The notes below the pieces were generated by a model. It did no database searches. It was not told where the DNA came from and saw only the letters and a program-made list of their open reading frames with translations. From contig JBGATL010000018.1 in the NCBI GenBank assembly GCA_044229215.1, positions 5,068 to 52,953 of the forward strand: a stretch of 47,886 bases of DNA, read 5' to 3'. Positions 10,401 to 17,389 of this stretch are shown here, one piece after another. A program made the translations under genes and the position numbers. The DNA is from Flavobacteriales bacterium (GTDB lineage: Bacteria > Bacteroidota > Bacteroidia > Flavobacteriales_F > PHOS-HE28). Within the stretch, counting starts at the first letter, position 1, and every line of letters starts with the position of its first letter.

Positions 10401-11330
10401 TGCACACAGACCGCTTCGGCCACCTTGACCGCCCCGGACGCGTTGGATGTCGTGATCACCTTCACCGAATTCAATGGCAACCAGGTAAGCTGCGCCGGTA
10501 ATGACGGTGGGATCTCGGTCTCGATAAACGGCGGAACACCATCCTATCAATTCGAATGGACCGGGCCGAACGGCTTCAGCTCAGTGCAAGAGGACCTGAC
10601 CGCGCTCGCTGCTGGGTCCTATGCATTGACCGTGACGGATGCCAACGGTTGCAGGAATGATTCGCTCCTCCAACTGAATGCGCCAGAACCGCTCCACGCC
10701 ACCTTCCAGAACACGTCCAACCAATGTTCGGATGCGTTGAACGGAAGTATCGACCTGACCCTATCCGGTGGTGGTGCGCCTTACACTGTGGCGTGGACCG
10801 GACCGGATGGCTTCGTTTCCAATGCCGAGGACCTCAGTGGACTGGCCAACGGGTCCTACACCGCCCTTATCAGTGATGGCATGGGATGTACGGGCAGTTT
10901 CAGCACCGTACTGGATGGCCCACAACCGCTATCCGCAGGTGCTTACACCTCCTACTACGGCCTCTACAACCTGCAATGCCAGGGCGACAGCACCGGTGTG
11001 ATCGATCTGGGACCTACCGGTGGGAATGCCCCTTACTCGATCGCGATCTCGGGACCGAACGGATTCCAATCCACGCAGGCGAACAACATCGCACTGATCG
11101 CAGGCACCTATCAGATCACCTTGACCGACGCGATCGGATGCACTGCGGATACAACGATCACGCTCACAGAACCGAGCAATGGCGTTTCCGCCAACCTCAC
11201 GCTTTCCCTCTACCCATCGGGCACCAATGTGAGTTGTTTCGGGGCGAGCGATGGGGCGATCGATGCGACGATCAACGGCGGGAACGGACCATACACGTAT
11301 AGCTGGCGCGGTCCGGATGATAGACATTGA
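4443..11330 (+). CDS. Giant surface adhesin, N-terminal 2,295-aa portion: signal peptide, choice-of-anchor-L-like head, Calx-beta-like domain, 23 SprB-type repeats; ends at a premature TGA
   Basis: ATG at 4443 gives the signal peptide MYRSFVRTIQFVPIGLALCLARPANAQ. The head carries EGVLLTSG...CLFEFDIIPSGDSLRFNFELASEEYNEWVGSQYNDVFGFFISG...YHLKLVVADASDRKFDSGVFIEKI. The Calx-beta-like segment is LVLTYHLGGTATNGADYN...TVTIPANQTTVLVNV. It is followed by repeated ~85-aa units of the form C.G..(N/D)G.I.L.V.GG..PY...W.GPNGF...EDL..L..G.Y.V.V.D.NGC. Confidence 0.85.
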   Translation: MYRSFVRTIQFVPIGLALCLARPANAQLTVAPQSDLQALATTIAGTGVSISNPVITCHTDGYGTFTSTGTNLDLSEGVLLTSGTINNAIGPNNAANKTFQAGTSGNALLDVVTGRSTRDACLFEFDIIPSGDSLRFNFELASEEYNEWVGSQYNDVFGFFISGPGISGDPGIGNEHNIAVIPGTNQAVTINNVNNGSNPGYYYDNAGGPHIQYDGITRGLYAESAVQPCQQYHLKLVVADASDRKFDSGVFIEKIHSNQVTMAKYTANGSPSMIEGCNPGWVQFIRQTALPTPLVLTYHLGGTATNGADYNSIGDPDPNVPKTVTIPANQTTVLVNVDPIADGINEPTEDLVFILGNPLCAWMNLDSLTFEITDTLLATLAPTNATLCRGDSVLLTASAAESHAWSPSTGLSSTSSASVWAKPTSTTTYSVVVTDGDCSSILSSQIRVSDMQLSATGTRPLCSGQSNGAINLSVSNGVAPYSFSWTGPNGFTAATEDLVNIGAGTYSVTVTDAAGCSRTHSASVAAPAPLTGSLSPSIQPFGENIACHGGTTGTLSLSLNGGTAPYAVQWSGPDGYGSTDQNISGLRAGTYSVVVTDAHGCTFTGAFTMTEPTAIVPLIDGVTHVACFGANNGQATASATGGLQPYSYSWNTTPVQNTTTANSLVPGSHTVTVRDGYLCTSTATVTITGPATALSSSLTASTPVSCHGGQNGSATVSASGGTAPYSFSWNTIPVQNTATATGLPAGTWICIVSDANGCATERQVTISQPGAPLTSSIGSQSNVDCHGTATGRATISVSGGTAPYTFSWNTNPIQTGSTATGLTAGTWICTVSDARGCSTLQDVVITEPSAPLHVAINAQTDVACHGGSIGSATVTASGGTGPYTYIWNTLPAQYSATASNLAAGTWTCTVFDARECQTQITVTITQPAAALGVTIPTPVHVLCHGAQTGSVEAVAIGGTAPYTYVWNSSPQQQTAQATDLPAGSFTVLVTDARNCTASASATITEPAAEVTAVFSSVTHESCYQAQDGTATITVSGGSGSYNIVWDTNPVVTGPTATNLGAGLYMVAVTDVNGCDHTKHYPVTIIGAAAPLTVSAVATDVSCYALDNGAIDLTLTGGHQPYSILWTGPGGQETGLEDIDGLAPGEYDLHILDFYGCAKDTTISITEPDALEVTGDITTAACQGSATGAVDITPTGGTQPYTYSWSGPNGFTANTADVSALGAGAYVLTLSDGNGCTITEVFNVSQPGSLQLTATSTVHPGGWGVSCASASDGSIDLTVSGGTGPFTFTWTGPNGYTASTEDVNGLLAGNYHVSADDANGCTATLTQTIIAPATLTATAMPSNFNGYGIHCSGAADGSLNATISGGTGPYVIQWNGPNGFASSDEDITGLAPGTYTLFATDLNGCTVTLTRTLTEPPTLVATITTSTTIGGTAIACSGATTGTAQISVNGGIGPYAIQWSGPNGFSASAIALSGLAAGTYDAVITDANGCSMSAQAILDEPAPLVISGIVSDHNGHAISCANNADGSIDLTLNGGAGANTIQWSGTNGFVSNTEDLNGLAAATYSVIVSDQNGCSAIATFDLSAPAPLIGTATSGAITCASVDDGSIDLTVQGGTGPFAIQWTGPNGFNASTEDLGGLAPGTYSANLNDQNGCSTDVLVALTGPAPLTLTYTTSIHASGDQVACAGGTDGSIDLSVLGGTGAHDISWSNGSGFSATSEDISGLDPGTYQVVVSDENGCTALTSVQLTAPQPLGVSATLSMINGNNVTCQGAMDGSIDLTITGGAAPYIAVWNDGTISEDRVDLGAGIHSVQITDANGCTASGTYTLTAPETVMVSVTATAVGNGMNITCPGGTDGGLEATLQGGTGPYTIDWTGPNGYNANTASISGLGAGSYTLNVSDANGCTHLSTTVLAEPAALTLDLASTTYNGGYNIPCATIGIGVFNTTVSGGTPSYTYAWSGPNGFTSDLEDLTSLVAGQYDLVVTDAFGCTQTASATLTAPDALDVVITFTEFNGNQVSCAGNDGGISVSINGGTPSYQFEWTGPNGFSSVQEDLTALAAGSYALTVTDANGCRNDSLLQLNAPEPLHATFQNTSNQCSDALNGSIDLTLSGGGAPYTVAWTGPDGFVSNAEDLSGLANGSYTALISDGMGCTGSFSTVLDGPQPLSAGAYTSYYGLYNLQCQGDSTGVIDLGPTGGNAPYSIAISGPNGFQSTQANNIALIAGTYQITLTDAIGCTADTTITLTEPSNGVSANLTLSLYPSGTNVSCFGASDGAIDATINGGNGPYTYSWRGPDDRH

Positions 11331-12540
11331 CCCAACCCGATTCCGCGCTGTCCACAACAACGACCACCGCCCTGTACAATGGTCAGGGGACCAGTTGTCA
11401 TGGCGTGAGCGATGGCAGCATCGACCTAACGATCAGCGGCGGCAATGGCGGATACAGCCAGACCTGGGCCGGTCCCGATGGGTTCACTTCGACCCTGGAG
11501 GACATCGATGCGCTGGCCGCTGGCACCTACGTGGGCACCGCCACGGACATGAACGGTTGCTCTTCGGTGGCTACGGTGGTGATCACCACACCAGACCCCC
11601 TGACGCCGAACCTGAACACCTCGAACTTCCCCGGTGGTTCCCAGATCTCCTGTGCGAACGCCACCGATGGGTCCATCGAGACCATCGTGACCGGGGGTAG
11701 CCAGCCCTTCACCTATTCCTGGTCCGGACCGAACGGAACCAACTCCACCAATCCCATGATCACCGGCCTGGGTCCGGGGACCTACTGTGTCACCATCACC
11801 GACGCGAATGGATGCCAGGCGACGGATTGCAGCACCCTCCAGGAACCGTCCGCGTTGATCGCGACCACCACGGCCACCTCCTCCGCCTGTGCCGGTGATA
11901 ACGGTTCCGTGGACCTGAACGTGAACGGCGGTAGCGCACCCTTCCAGTTCGAATGGGACAACGGGGCCACCACCGAGGATCTTGATGGGCTTCCGCCGGG
12001 CGTATTGAACGTGACCGTGACGGACGCCAACGGCTGTACCGCGGATGTGACCGCCACCATCATCGGGTCGCCTGCATTGAACGTTCAAGCCCAGGTCTCT
12101 GGGGAGCCTTGCCATGGCGACTCCACCGGTGCGGTGGACCTCAGCGTGATCAGCGGTACGGCACCCTATGTGTTCCAATGGAGCCATGGTGCCAATACCG
12201 AGGACATCAGCGACCTGCCCGCCGGGACCTATTCGGCCACGATCACTGATGCTTCGGGCTGTACATTCCAAGGCACCTACCTGGTGCAGGAACCAGCAGC
12301 CATCACCATCGACACCTTGATCAGCAGCCATGCGAGCGGCCATCCGATCAGTTCGTTCGGTGCCCAGGATGGCAGCATCGCCACGGTGGTCAGTGGTGGT
12401 ACCGGACCCTATACCTTCAACTGGTCCAACGGTGCAAACACCGAAAGCATCCAGGGCCTGGCCGCCGGCACCTATACCCTTACCGTCACCGATGAGAACG
12501 GGTGTCTTGCCCAGCTCATGGTGCTCCTGACCGAGCCGAC
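5790..12540 (+). repeat. Tandem coding repeat array: 28 SprB-type units of roughly 250-260 bp each
   Basis: I counted 28 occurrences of the GG..PY...W core (23 in the first ORF, 5 in the second), spaced ~85 aa apart. The units are divergent at the DNA level, not identical copies. Confidence 0.9.
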
Positions 12541-12808
12541 GGACCTCGAAATGCCCACGGCATTCAGCCCCAATGGGGATGGGGACAATGAACGCTTCGT
12601 GATCCACGGGATCGAAGGCTATCCGAAGAACCAGCTGACCATTCTGAACCGCTGGGGCAACAAGGTTTACGAACGGCCCGATTACCGCAATGAGTGGTCG
12701 GGGGAGAATAGCCAGGGTTCTGCGCTTCCCAATGGAACCTACTTCGTGATACTCAGTATAAATGACGGCTCTCGCACCCTGCAGGGCTACGTAGACCTGC
12801 GCCGTTGA
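11327..12808 (+). CDS. C-terminal 493-aa portion of the same adhesin: 5 SprB-type repeats plus a T9SS type-B (gliding-motility C-terminal) sorting domain; no signal peptide, TTG pseudo-start
   Basis: It opens immediately after an in-frame TAG (11321-11323) with a repeat linker, TQPDSALSTTTTTALYNGQGTSCHGVSDGSIDL. The C-terminus EMPTAFSPNGDGDNERFVIHGIEGYPKNQLTILNRWGNKVYE...LPNGTYFVILSINDGSRTLQGYVDLRR is the type-B CTD signature. Confidence 0.85.
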   Translation: MTQPDSALSTTTTTALYNGQGTSCHGVSDGSIDLTISGGNGGYSQTWAGPDGFTSTLEDIDALAAGTYVGTATDMNGCSSVATVVITTPDPLTPNLNTSNFPGGSQISCANATDGSIETIVTGGSQPFTYSWSGPNGTNSTNPMITGLGPGTYCVTITDANGCQATDCSTLQEPSALIATTTATSSACAGDNGSVDLNVNGGSAPFQFEWDNGATTEDLDGLPPGVLNVTVTDANGCTADVTATIIGSPALNVQAQVSGEPCHGDSTGAVDLSVISGTAPYVFQWSHGANTEDISDLPAGTYSATITDASGCTFQGTYLVQEPAAITIDTLISSHASGHPISSFGAQDGSIATVVSGGTGPYTFNWSNGANTESIQGLAAGTYTLTVTDENGCLAQLMVLLTEPTDLEMPTAFSPNGDGDNERFVIHGIEGYPKNQLTILNRWGNKVYERPDYRNEWSGENSQGSALPNGTYFVILSINDGSRTLQGYVDLRR

Positions 12809-13755
12809 TGCACGGAACCCACATGAGAACCCGTCGCCCCCTGTTCGCCGCGCTCCTGGCCCTTGGCTGCTCCGTGCCGCTCCTGGCCCAGCAGGAGGTG
12901 ATGGTGAGCCAGTACATGTTCAACCAGCTCTTCCTGAACCCGGCTTATGCTGGTAGCCATCCGTACATGAGCGGAAGCCTGCTGCACCGAAGCCAGTGGC
13001 TGAAGGTGGAGGGGGCTCCCAGGACCAGCATGATGGCCTTCGATGCACCGCTGCTCAATGGAAAGATGGGGGCGGGACTCTCCGTGGTCCATGACCAGAT
13101 CGGCGTGAGCCGCGACCTGGATATCGCCGGGCATTATGCCTACCACCTTCGACTGGGTCCGGAAAGCAAACTGGCACTTGGTCTGCGGGCCGGTGTCTCC
13201 GTGTATTCGGCGCGGCTGAGCCAACTGACGTATTGGGATGCGGACGATCAGGTATTCCAGACCGACATCACGAACAAGCCCGTTGGGAAGTTCGGCTTCG
13301 GGCTTTACTGGTACGACCTCCGTTCGTACGTGGGACTTTCAGTACCCACCATCCACGCCACGGACAAGGGTCTCGTGTCGCAGATCAACGGATCGGTGAC
13401 CAACTACTTCACCCAGCACTACTACCTCCATGCAGGGCATGTCCTCAACATCAATGAGTCCTTCGACCTGAAACCAAGTACGATGGTGAAGTACACCGCA
13501 GCGGCACCCATCGAGGTGGACCTGAACTGCAATGTCCTGTACAGGTCCAAGGTCTGGTTGGGCCTTGGATACCGCACCGGCGATGCCTTCGTAGGCATGC
13601 TTGAATACCAGGTGAACCCCATGTTCCGGATCGGGTATGCCTACGATATGCCCACCTCCAGGATCCGGACCTATACCAGTGGGAGTCATGAACTGATGCT
13701 TGGCCTGGACTTCGGTAAAGAACCCATACGCATCCGATCACCCCGCTATTTCTGA
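12808..13755 (+). CDS. PorP/SprF-family type IX secretion system membrane protein
   Basis: The N-terminal signature after the signal peptide, LLAQQEVMVSQYMFNQLFLNPAYAGS, is typical of PorP/SprF, as is the ~310-aa size. ATG 12808 overlaps the adhesin TGA (TGATG). ATG 12823 (MRTRRPLFAALLALG) is an alternative start. Confidence 0.85.
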   Translation: MHGTHMRTRRPLFAALLALGCSVPLLAQQEVMVSQYMFNQLFLNPAYAGSHPYMSGSLLHRSQWLKVEGAPRTSMMAFDAPLLNGKMGAGLSVVHDQIGVSRDLDIAGHYAYHLRLGPESKLALGLRAGVSVYSARLSQLTYWDADDQVFQTDITNKPVGKFGFGLYWYDLRSYVGLSVPTIHATDKGLVSQINGSVTNYFTQHYYLHAGHVLNINESFDLKPSTMVKYTAAAPIEVDLNCNVLYRSKVWLGLGYRTGDAFVGMLEYQVNPMFRIGYAYDMPTSRIRTYTSGSHELMLGLDFGKEPIRIRSPRYF

Positions 13756-15662
13756 TGATGAGACCCGAACGGATATGGATCATGGCCACGGCGACGATCG
13801 TGCTCACAGGCTGTACCGCTACCCGGATACAACTTGCGGACCAGGCGTATGACCTGATGCAGTATCCCAGGGCCGAGCGGTTATATGAGAAGGTGCTCGC
13901 CCATCGCGAGGATCGAACGGTCCGCGCACGGTTGGCCGATGCCTATCGCCGACACAACGCCTGGGACGAGTCGCTGAAACACTATCGTATCCTTCATGGC
14001 GCGCGGCCATTGAGCGGGGATACGGCGCTGCACTTCGGCGAGGTGCTGCGTGCAGCGGGCGAACAGGATGAAGCCGCAGACCTGATCCTGCATGTCCTGC
14101 AGCAGACACCAGAGGACCGTTACGCGATGGATCTGTTCAGCTCCACCCAGGGGTACCGCTCCTTCTATGAGGACTCGGCACGCTTCTTCGTCAATCGGAT
14201 CAATATCCCCGGAGTGGCTACTGCGATCGCTGGTATCCCTTACAAGGATGGTCTCCTCTTCGTCGGTGAAAAGGAAGCGGATGTGCGGAGTGGCAACCCT
14301 TGGAATGGGAACTCCTTCATGGACCTGTATCATACCACCTCCAAGACCGAGGTGACCTGGCTTCCCGCACAGCTGATCCGCGGGAAGGTGAATGGTGCTT
14401 TCCACGAAGGACCTGCGACCATCAGCCCTGACGGGCGAACGCTCTACTTCACAAGAAGCAATTATGCCCATCGTAAACTCCTGAAGGACGAGCGGAATAC
14501 GAGCCAGCTGATGTTGTTCCGCGCCCATCTGGACAGTACGGGTGCCTGGAATGATCTGCACGCCTTCAAATACAACGGCGACCACTGGTCCACCGGTCAT
14601 CCCGCGTTGAGCACCGATGGCCGAACGTTGTACTTCGCTTCCGACAGGCCGGGAGGTTTCGGAGGGTCGGATATCTGGCTATGCCGTGACAATGGCAATG
14701 GATGGTCCGAGCCGGAGAACCTCGGAGCCGTGATCAATACACCGGGCAACGAGGTTTTCCCGACGATCAATGGCAACACGCTCCATTTCGCAAGCACTGG
14801 CCATTTGAACATGGGCGGTCTGGACATCTTCGAGACCCAGCTTATCGATGGCAAGTGGACGGATCCGGTGAACCTGCTGGCGCCGATCAACTCCCCCAAG
14901 GATGACCTCCACTTCGTGATGGACAGCACCGGAAAGGCCGGGTTCCTCAGCAGCGACCGTGATGGGTCGGACCAGATCTATGCGTTCACCTTGTATGAAC
15001 CCCTCTTCGATCTGCTTGGGCTTGCCATGGATGATGAAGGCAACTACCTCGCCGATGTGACCTTGACCCTGACCGACCGCAGCACCGAGGAGGACCTTTC
15101 CACATTATCCGGACCGAACGGGGCGTTCACCTTCAAACTGAAGCCGAACCGTGACTACATCCTGCGGGGGACCAGGGATGACATGTTGACCACATCCCAG
15201 CACGTAAGTACCAAGGGACTTACACGGCTTGACTCCGTTCTTGCCCCGCTGCGCTTGACCCGACTGCGCCTGGGAGAGGCCATCGCCATCAACAACATCT
15301 ACTACGACTACGATAGCTGGGAGATCCGCTATGATGCAGCATTGGAGTTGGACAAGCTCGCCCGACTATTCATCGAGAACCCCAAGATGTCCTTTGAGTT
15401 GGGATCACACACCGACAGTCGCGGGGGTGACCTGTACAACCTTGTGCTTTCCGACGCACGGGCCAATGCCGCCGTGAACTACCTGATCCAACGCGGGGTG
15501 GATCCCGACCGGATCACTGCCAAGGGGTATGGCGAGGACCGGTTGGTGAACGGTTGCAGCAACGGTGTCCATTGTACCGAAGCGGAGCACCAGGCCAATC
15601 GTCGCACCGAATTCACCGTGACCGGTGTGGCCAGCATCGCCGAAACGCATTCCCGGCCGTAA
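13755..15662 (+). CDS. OmpA-family peptidoglycan-binding lipoprotein with TPR-like, PD40/TolB-like beta-propeller and CarboxypepD_reg-like segments
   Basis: Lipobox IVLTGC. PD40-type repeats: ISPDGRTLYFTRS and LSTDGRTLYFASDRPGGFGGSDIWL. OmpA_C motifs: NNIYYDYDSWEI...GSHTDSRGGDLYNLVLSDARANAAVNYLIQRGVDPDRITAKGYGE...NRRTEF. The start overlaps the PorP/SprF stop (TGATGATG). Confidence 0.85.
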   Translation: MMRPERIWIMATATIVLTGCTATRIQLADQAYDLMQYPRAERLYEKVLAHREDRTVRARLADAYRRHNAWDESLKHYRILHGARPLSGDTALHFGEVLRAAGEQDEAADLILHVLQQTPEDRYAMDLFSSTQGYRSFYEDSARFFVNRINIPGVATAIAGIPYKDGLLFVGEKEADVRSGNPWNGNSFMDLYHTTSKTEVTWLPAQLIRGKVNGAFHEGPATISPDGRTLYFTRSNYAHRKLLKDERNTSQLMLFRAHLDSTGAWNDLHAFKYNGDHWSTGHPALSTDGRTLYFASDRPGGFGGSDIWLCRDNGNGWSEPENLGAVINTPGNEVFPTINGNTLHFASTGHLNMGGLDIFETQLIDGKWTDPVNLLAPINSPKDDLHFVMDSTGKAGFLSSDRDGSDQIYAFTLYEPLFDLLGLAMDDEGNYLADVTLTLTDRSTEEDLSTLSGPNGAFTFKLKPNRDYILRGTRDDMLTTSQHVSTKGLTRLDSVLAPLRLTRLRLGEAIAINNIYYDYDSWEIRYDAALELDKLARLFIENPKMSFELGSHTDSRGGDLYNLVLSDARANAAVNYLIQRGVDPDRITAKGYGEDRLVNGCSNGVHCTEAEHQANRRTEFTVTGVASIAETHSRP

Positions 15663-15665
15663 CGG

Positions 15666-17201
15666 TCACTTCACGGGCACCTGCCTTCGCACCACCTCGC
15701 TGAAAGGGACGCCGTCGATGTGGGCGTTCACCCAGGAGATCACATCGAAGTACTTCAATACAAGACTCTCGTTGGGGTCGTTCAGCAGTGCCTCGAACTT
15801 GCTGCGCATCGACTGGAACAGTTCGCGCTTGCCGCTCGGATCCGACATCCGGGACAGCTTCTTGATGTGGTCCATCAGCACATTCTCCATGCCATCGGCC
15901 CGCTGGCGCTTGTTCAGGAATCGCTGGGTCGAGCGCACGATGTATTCGAGCAGGTCGTAATTCCCAAGTTCGTAGTGGATCACCAGATTGAACAGCCGGG
16001 CATAGGTGAATATGTCCTGGCGCAAGGTGGGTTCATTGTCATTCAACACCTTGTTCAGCCAGAAGAGGGCCTTGTTCATCTCCCCACCCCCGAAATGGAC
16101 ACAGGCGAAGGTGAAATAGAATTCCAGTTCGTGTTCCTTATGAAGGCGCTCACCAAGCTGCTCCATGCCATGGATCGCCTCCGGGGTGAGCGCGATGGCC
16201 TTGCTGTGCTCCCCGCTCCGATCAAGCAGCCGTAGCTCGCCGAGCGTACTGGCCACGAAGACCTGGGCTTCGATGTTCAATCCGGCAAAGCCGGGTTGCC
16301 CAGGGAGCTCCCGCATGTACTTGATGTTGGTCCTGGCGCTCTTCAGGTCCTTCAGTTCGATCTGCGCGTTGATGATATAGTGCAATGTCCGGATGTAGCG
16401 TTTGGGCAGGTCGGCGCGCACCTGGGTGTTCTCATCGAGGATCTGCCGTACCCGCTGGAATTTCTCCAGGCTCGTGGCCCAATCCCGCTTGGCCCAGTAA
16501 CAGAACCCCTGCGTGTAGTAACAGATCGTGGCCGCGCGGCGCGAAAGCGCCGTGTTCTTGCCCTTGATCAAGGGATGCTCACTGATCTCCTCGACCATGG
16601 CGTGCTCCTCATCGGTACGCACATAGCCTCCACTGCGGAACACATAGTTGATCTTGCTGTAGAGGATATGGTAGGCTGCCAGGTTCCGCAAGCGCTCCAC
16701 CACGTCGCGCTCCTCTTCGATCAAGGCATCGAGGTCCTTGGTGAACTCGCCGCTCTCATACGCCTCCTCCAGCAACATCTTCTCCCAGCTCAGCAGCTCG
16801 AACCAATAGTAGAACCGCTCATTCTCCTTGGCGATCCGCTTGGCGCGATGCAGCAACTTGTTGCATTCGGAGTAGAGTGCCTTCTGGTACAGGATCTCGA
16901 TGTTCTTGATCTCCTGCTTCAGGATCCCACTCACCGAACTCTCCGCATGGAAGGCACGAAGCGATTTCAGGATGAGCTTGTACAGATGGTTCTTCTCCGA
17001 GGGCAGGTGCTTGATGAAGGTCTCCTTTGCGAAAAGCTTCTTGAGCGCCTCCTCGTCGTACGTCCTTTGTTTGTCGATCGCATCGAAGATCCGCAGGTAA
17101 TTCTTGTCACCCGCCTGCAGCGAGGAGTGCAGCTTGAAGAACCGCTTCTCCGACTTCGTGAGCGACTTGATCAGGTCATGTAATTCGTTGCTCGGTTTCA
17201 T
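15666..17201 (-). CDS. Conserved hypothetical protein, all-alpha/TPR-like, cytoplasmic
   Basis: 511-aa ORF with a balanced K/E/L-rich composition (MKPSNELHDLIKSLTKSEKRFFKLHSSLQAGDKNYLRIFDAIDK...). There is no signal peptide. The antisense 295-aa ORF has a typical artefact composition. Confidence 0.7.
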   Translation of the reverse strand: MKPSNELHDLIKSLTKSEKRFFKLHSSLQAGDKNYLRIFDAIDKQRTYDEEALKKLFAKETFIKHLPSEKNHLYKLILKSLRAFHAESSVSGILKQEIKNIEILYQKALYSECNKLLHRAKRIAKENERFYYWFELLSWEKMLLEEAYESGEFTKDLDALIEEERDVVERLRNLAAYHILYSKINYVFRSGGYVRTDEEHAMVEEISEHPLIKGKNTALSRRAATICYYTQGFCYWAKRDWATSLEKFQRVRQILDENTQVRADLPKRYIRTLHYIINAQIELKDLKSARTNIKYMRELPGQPGFAGLNIEAQVFVASTLGELRLLDRSGEHSKAIALTPEAIHGMEQLGERLHKEHELEFYFTFACVHFGGGEMNKALFWLNKVLNDNEPTLRQDIFTYARLFNLVIHYELGNYDLLEYIVRSTQRFLNKRQRADGMENVLMDHIKKLSRMSDPSGKRELFQSMRSKFEALLNDPNESLVLKYFDVISWVNAHIDGVPFSEVVRRQVPVK

Positions 17202-17240
17202 CGCACGTCGTATTCATGATAGGATCCCAACCCGTAGCAC

Positions 17241-17248
17241 CAAAGTTA
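17241..17248 (-). promoter_or_regulatory. Candidate Bacteroidota -7 promoter element (TAnnTTTG)
   Basis: The minus strand reads TAACTTTG, 39 nt upstream of the ATG at 17201. I saw no convincing -33 TTG. Confidence 0.25.
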
Positions 17249-17389
17249 GGGATCCCGGGGGCGGGGTGCCTCACTGGCCCCATTTGCTCGCGTTTGCAGT
17301 CGCCGCGGAGCTCTGTGTACACCAGCGCCAGGGGCAATAGGTGCATACACTTCAATCGCTCCGTGGGACTTGAACGATGCCGTTTGTTT

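Noticed and set aside
9219-10550. 443-aa minus-strand ORF. Others lie at 11426-12607, 7434-8177, 8184-8813 and 6597-7220.
   Set aside because: They are antisense to the SprB-repeat adhesin. The periodic repeat signature is only readable on the plus strand.
11316-11332. Programmed -1 ribosomal frameshift joining the two adhesin ORFs.
   Set aside because: There is no slippery X XXY YYZ heptamer (the sequence is GAT GAT AGA CAT TGA). The joined product would still lack ~30 aa of a repeat unit. A deletion or misassembly is the simpler explanation.
5790-12540. A regular ~255-bp periodicity that could superficially suggest a repeat-spacer array.
   Set aside because: The repeats are divergent coding units in one long ORF, with no short identical direct repeats. 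It is not a CRISPR array.
16296-17183. 295-aa plus-strand ORF.
   Set aside because: It is antisense to the 511-aa gene, whose translation has far more protein-like, balanced composition.
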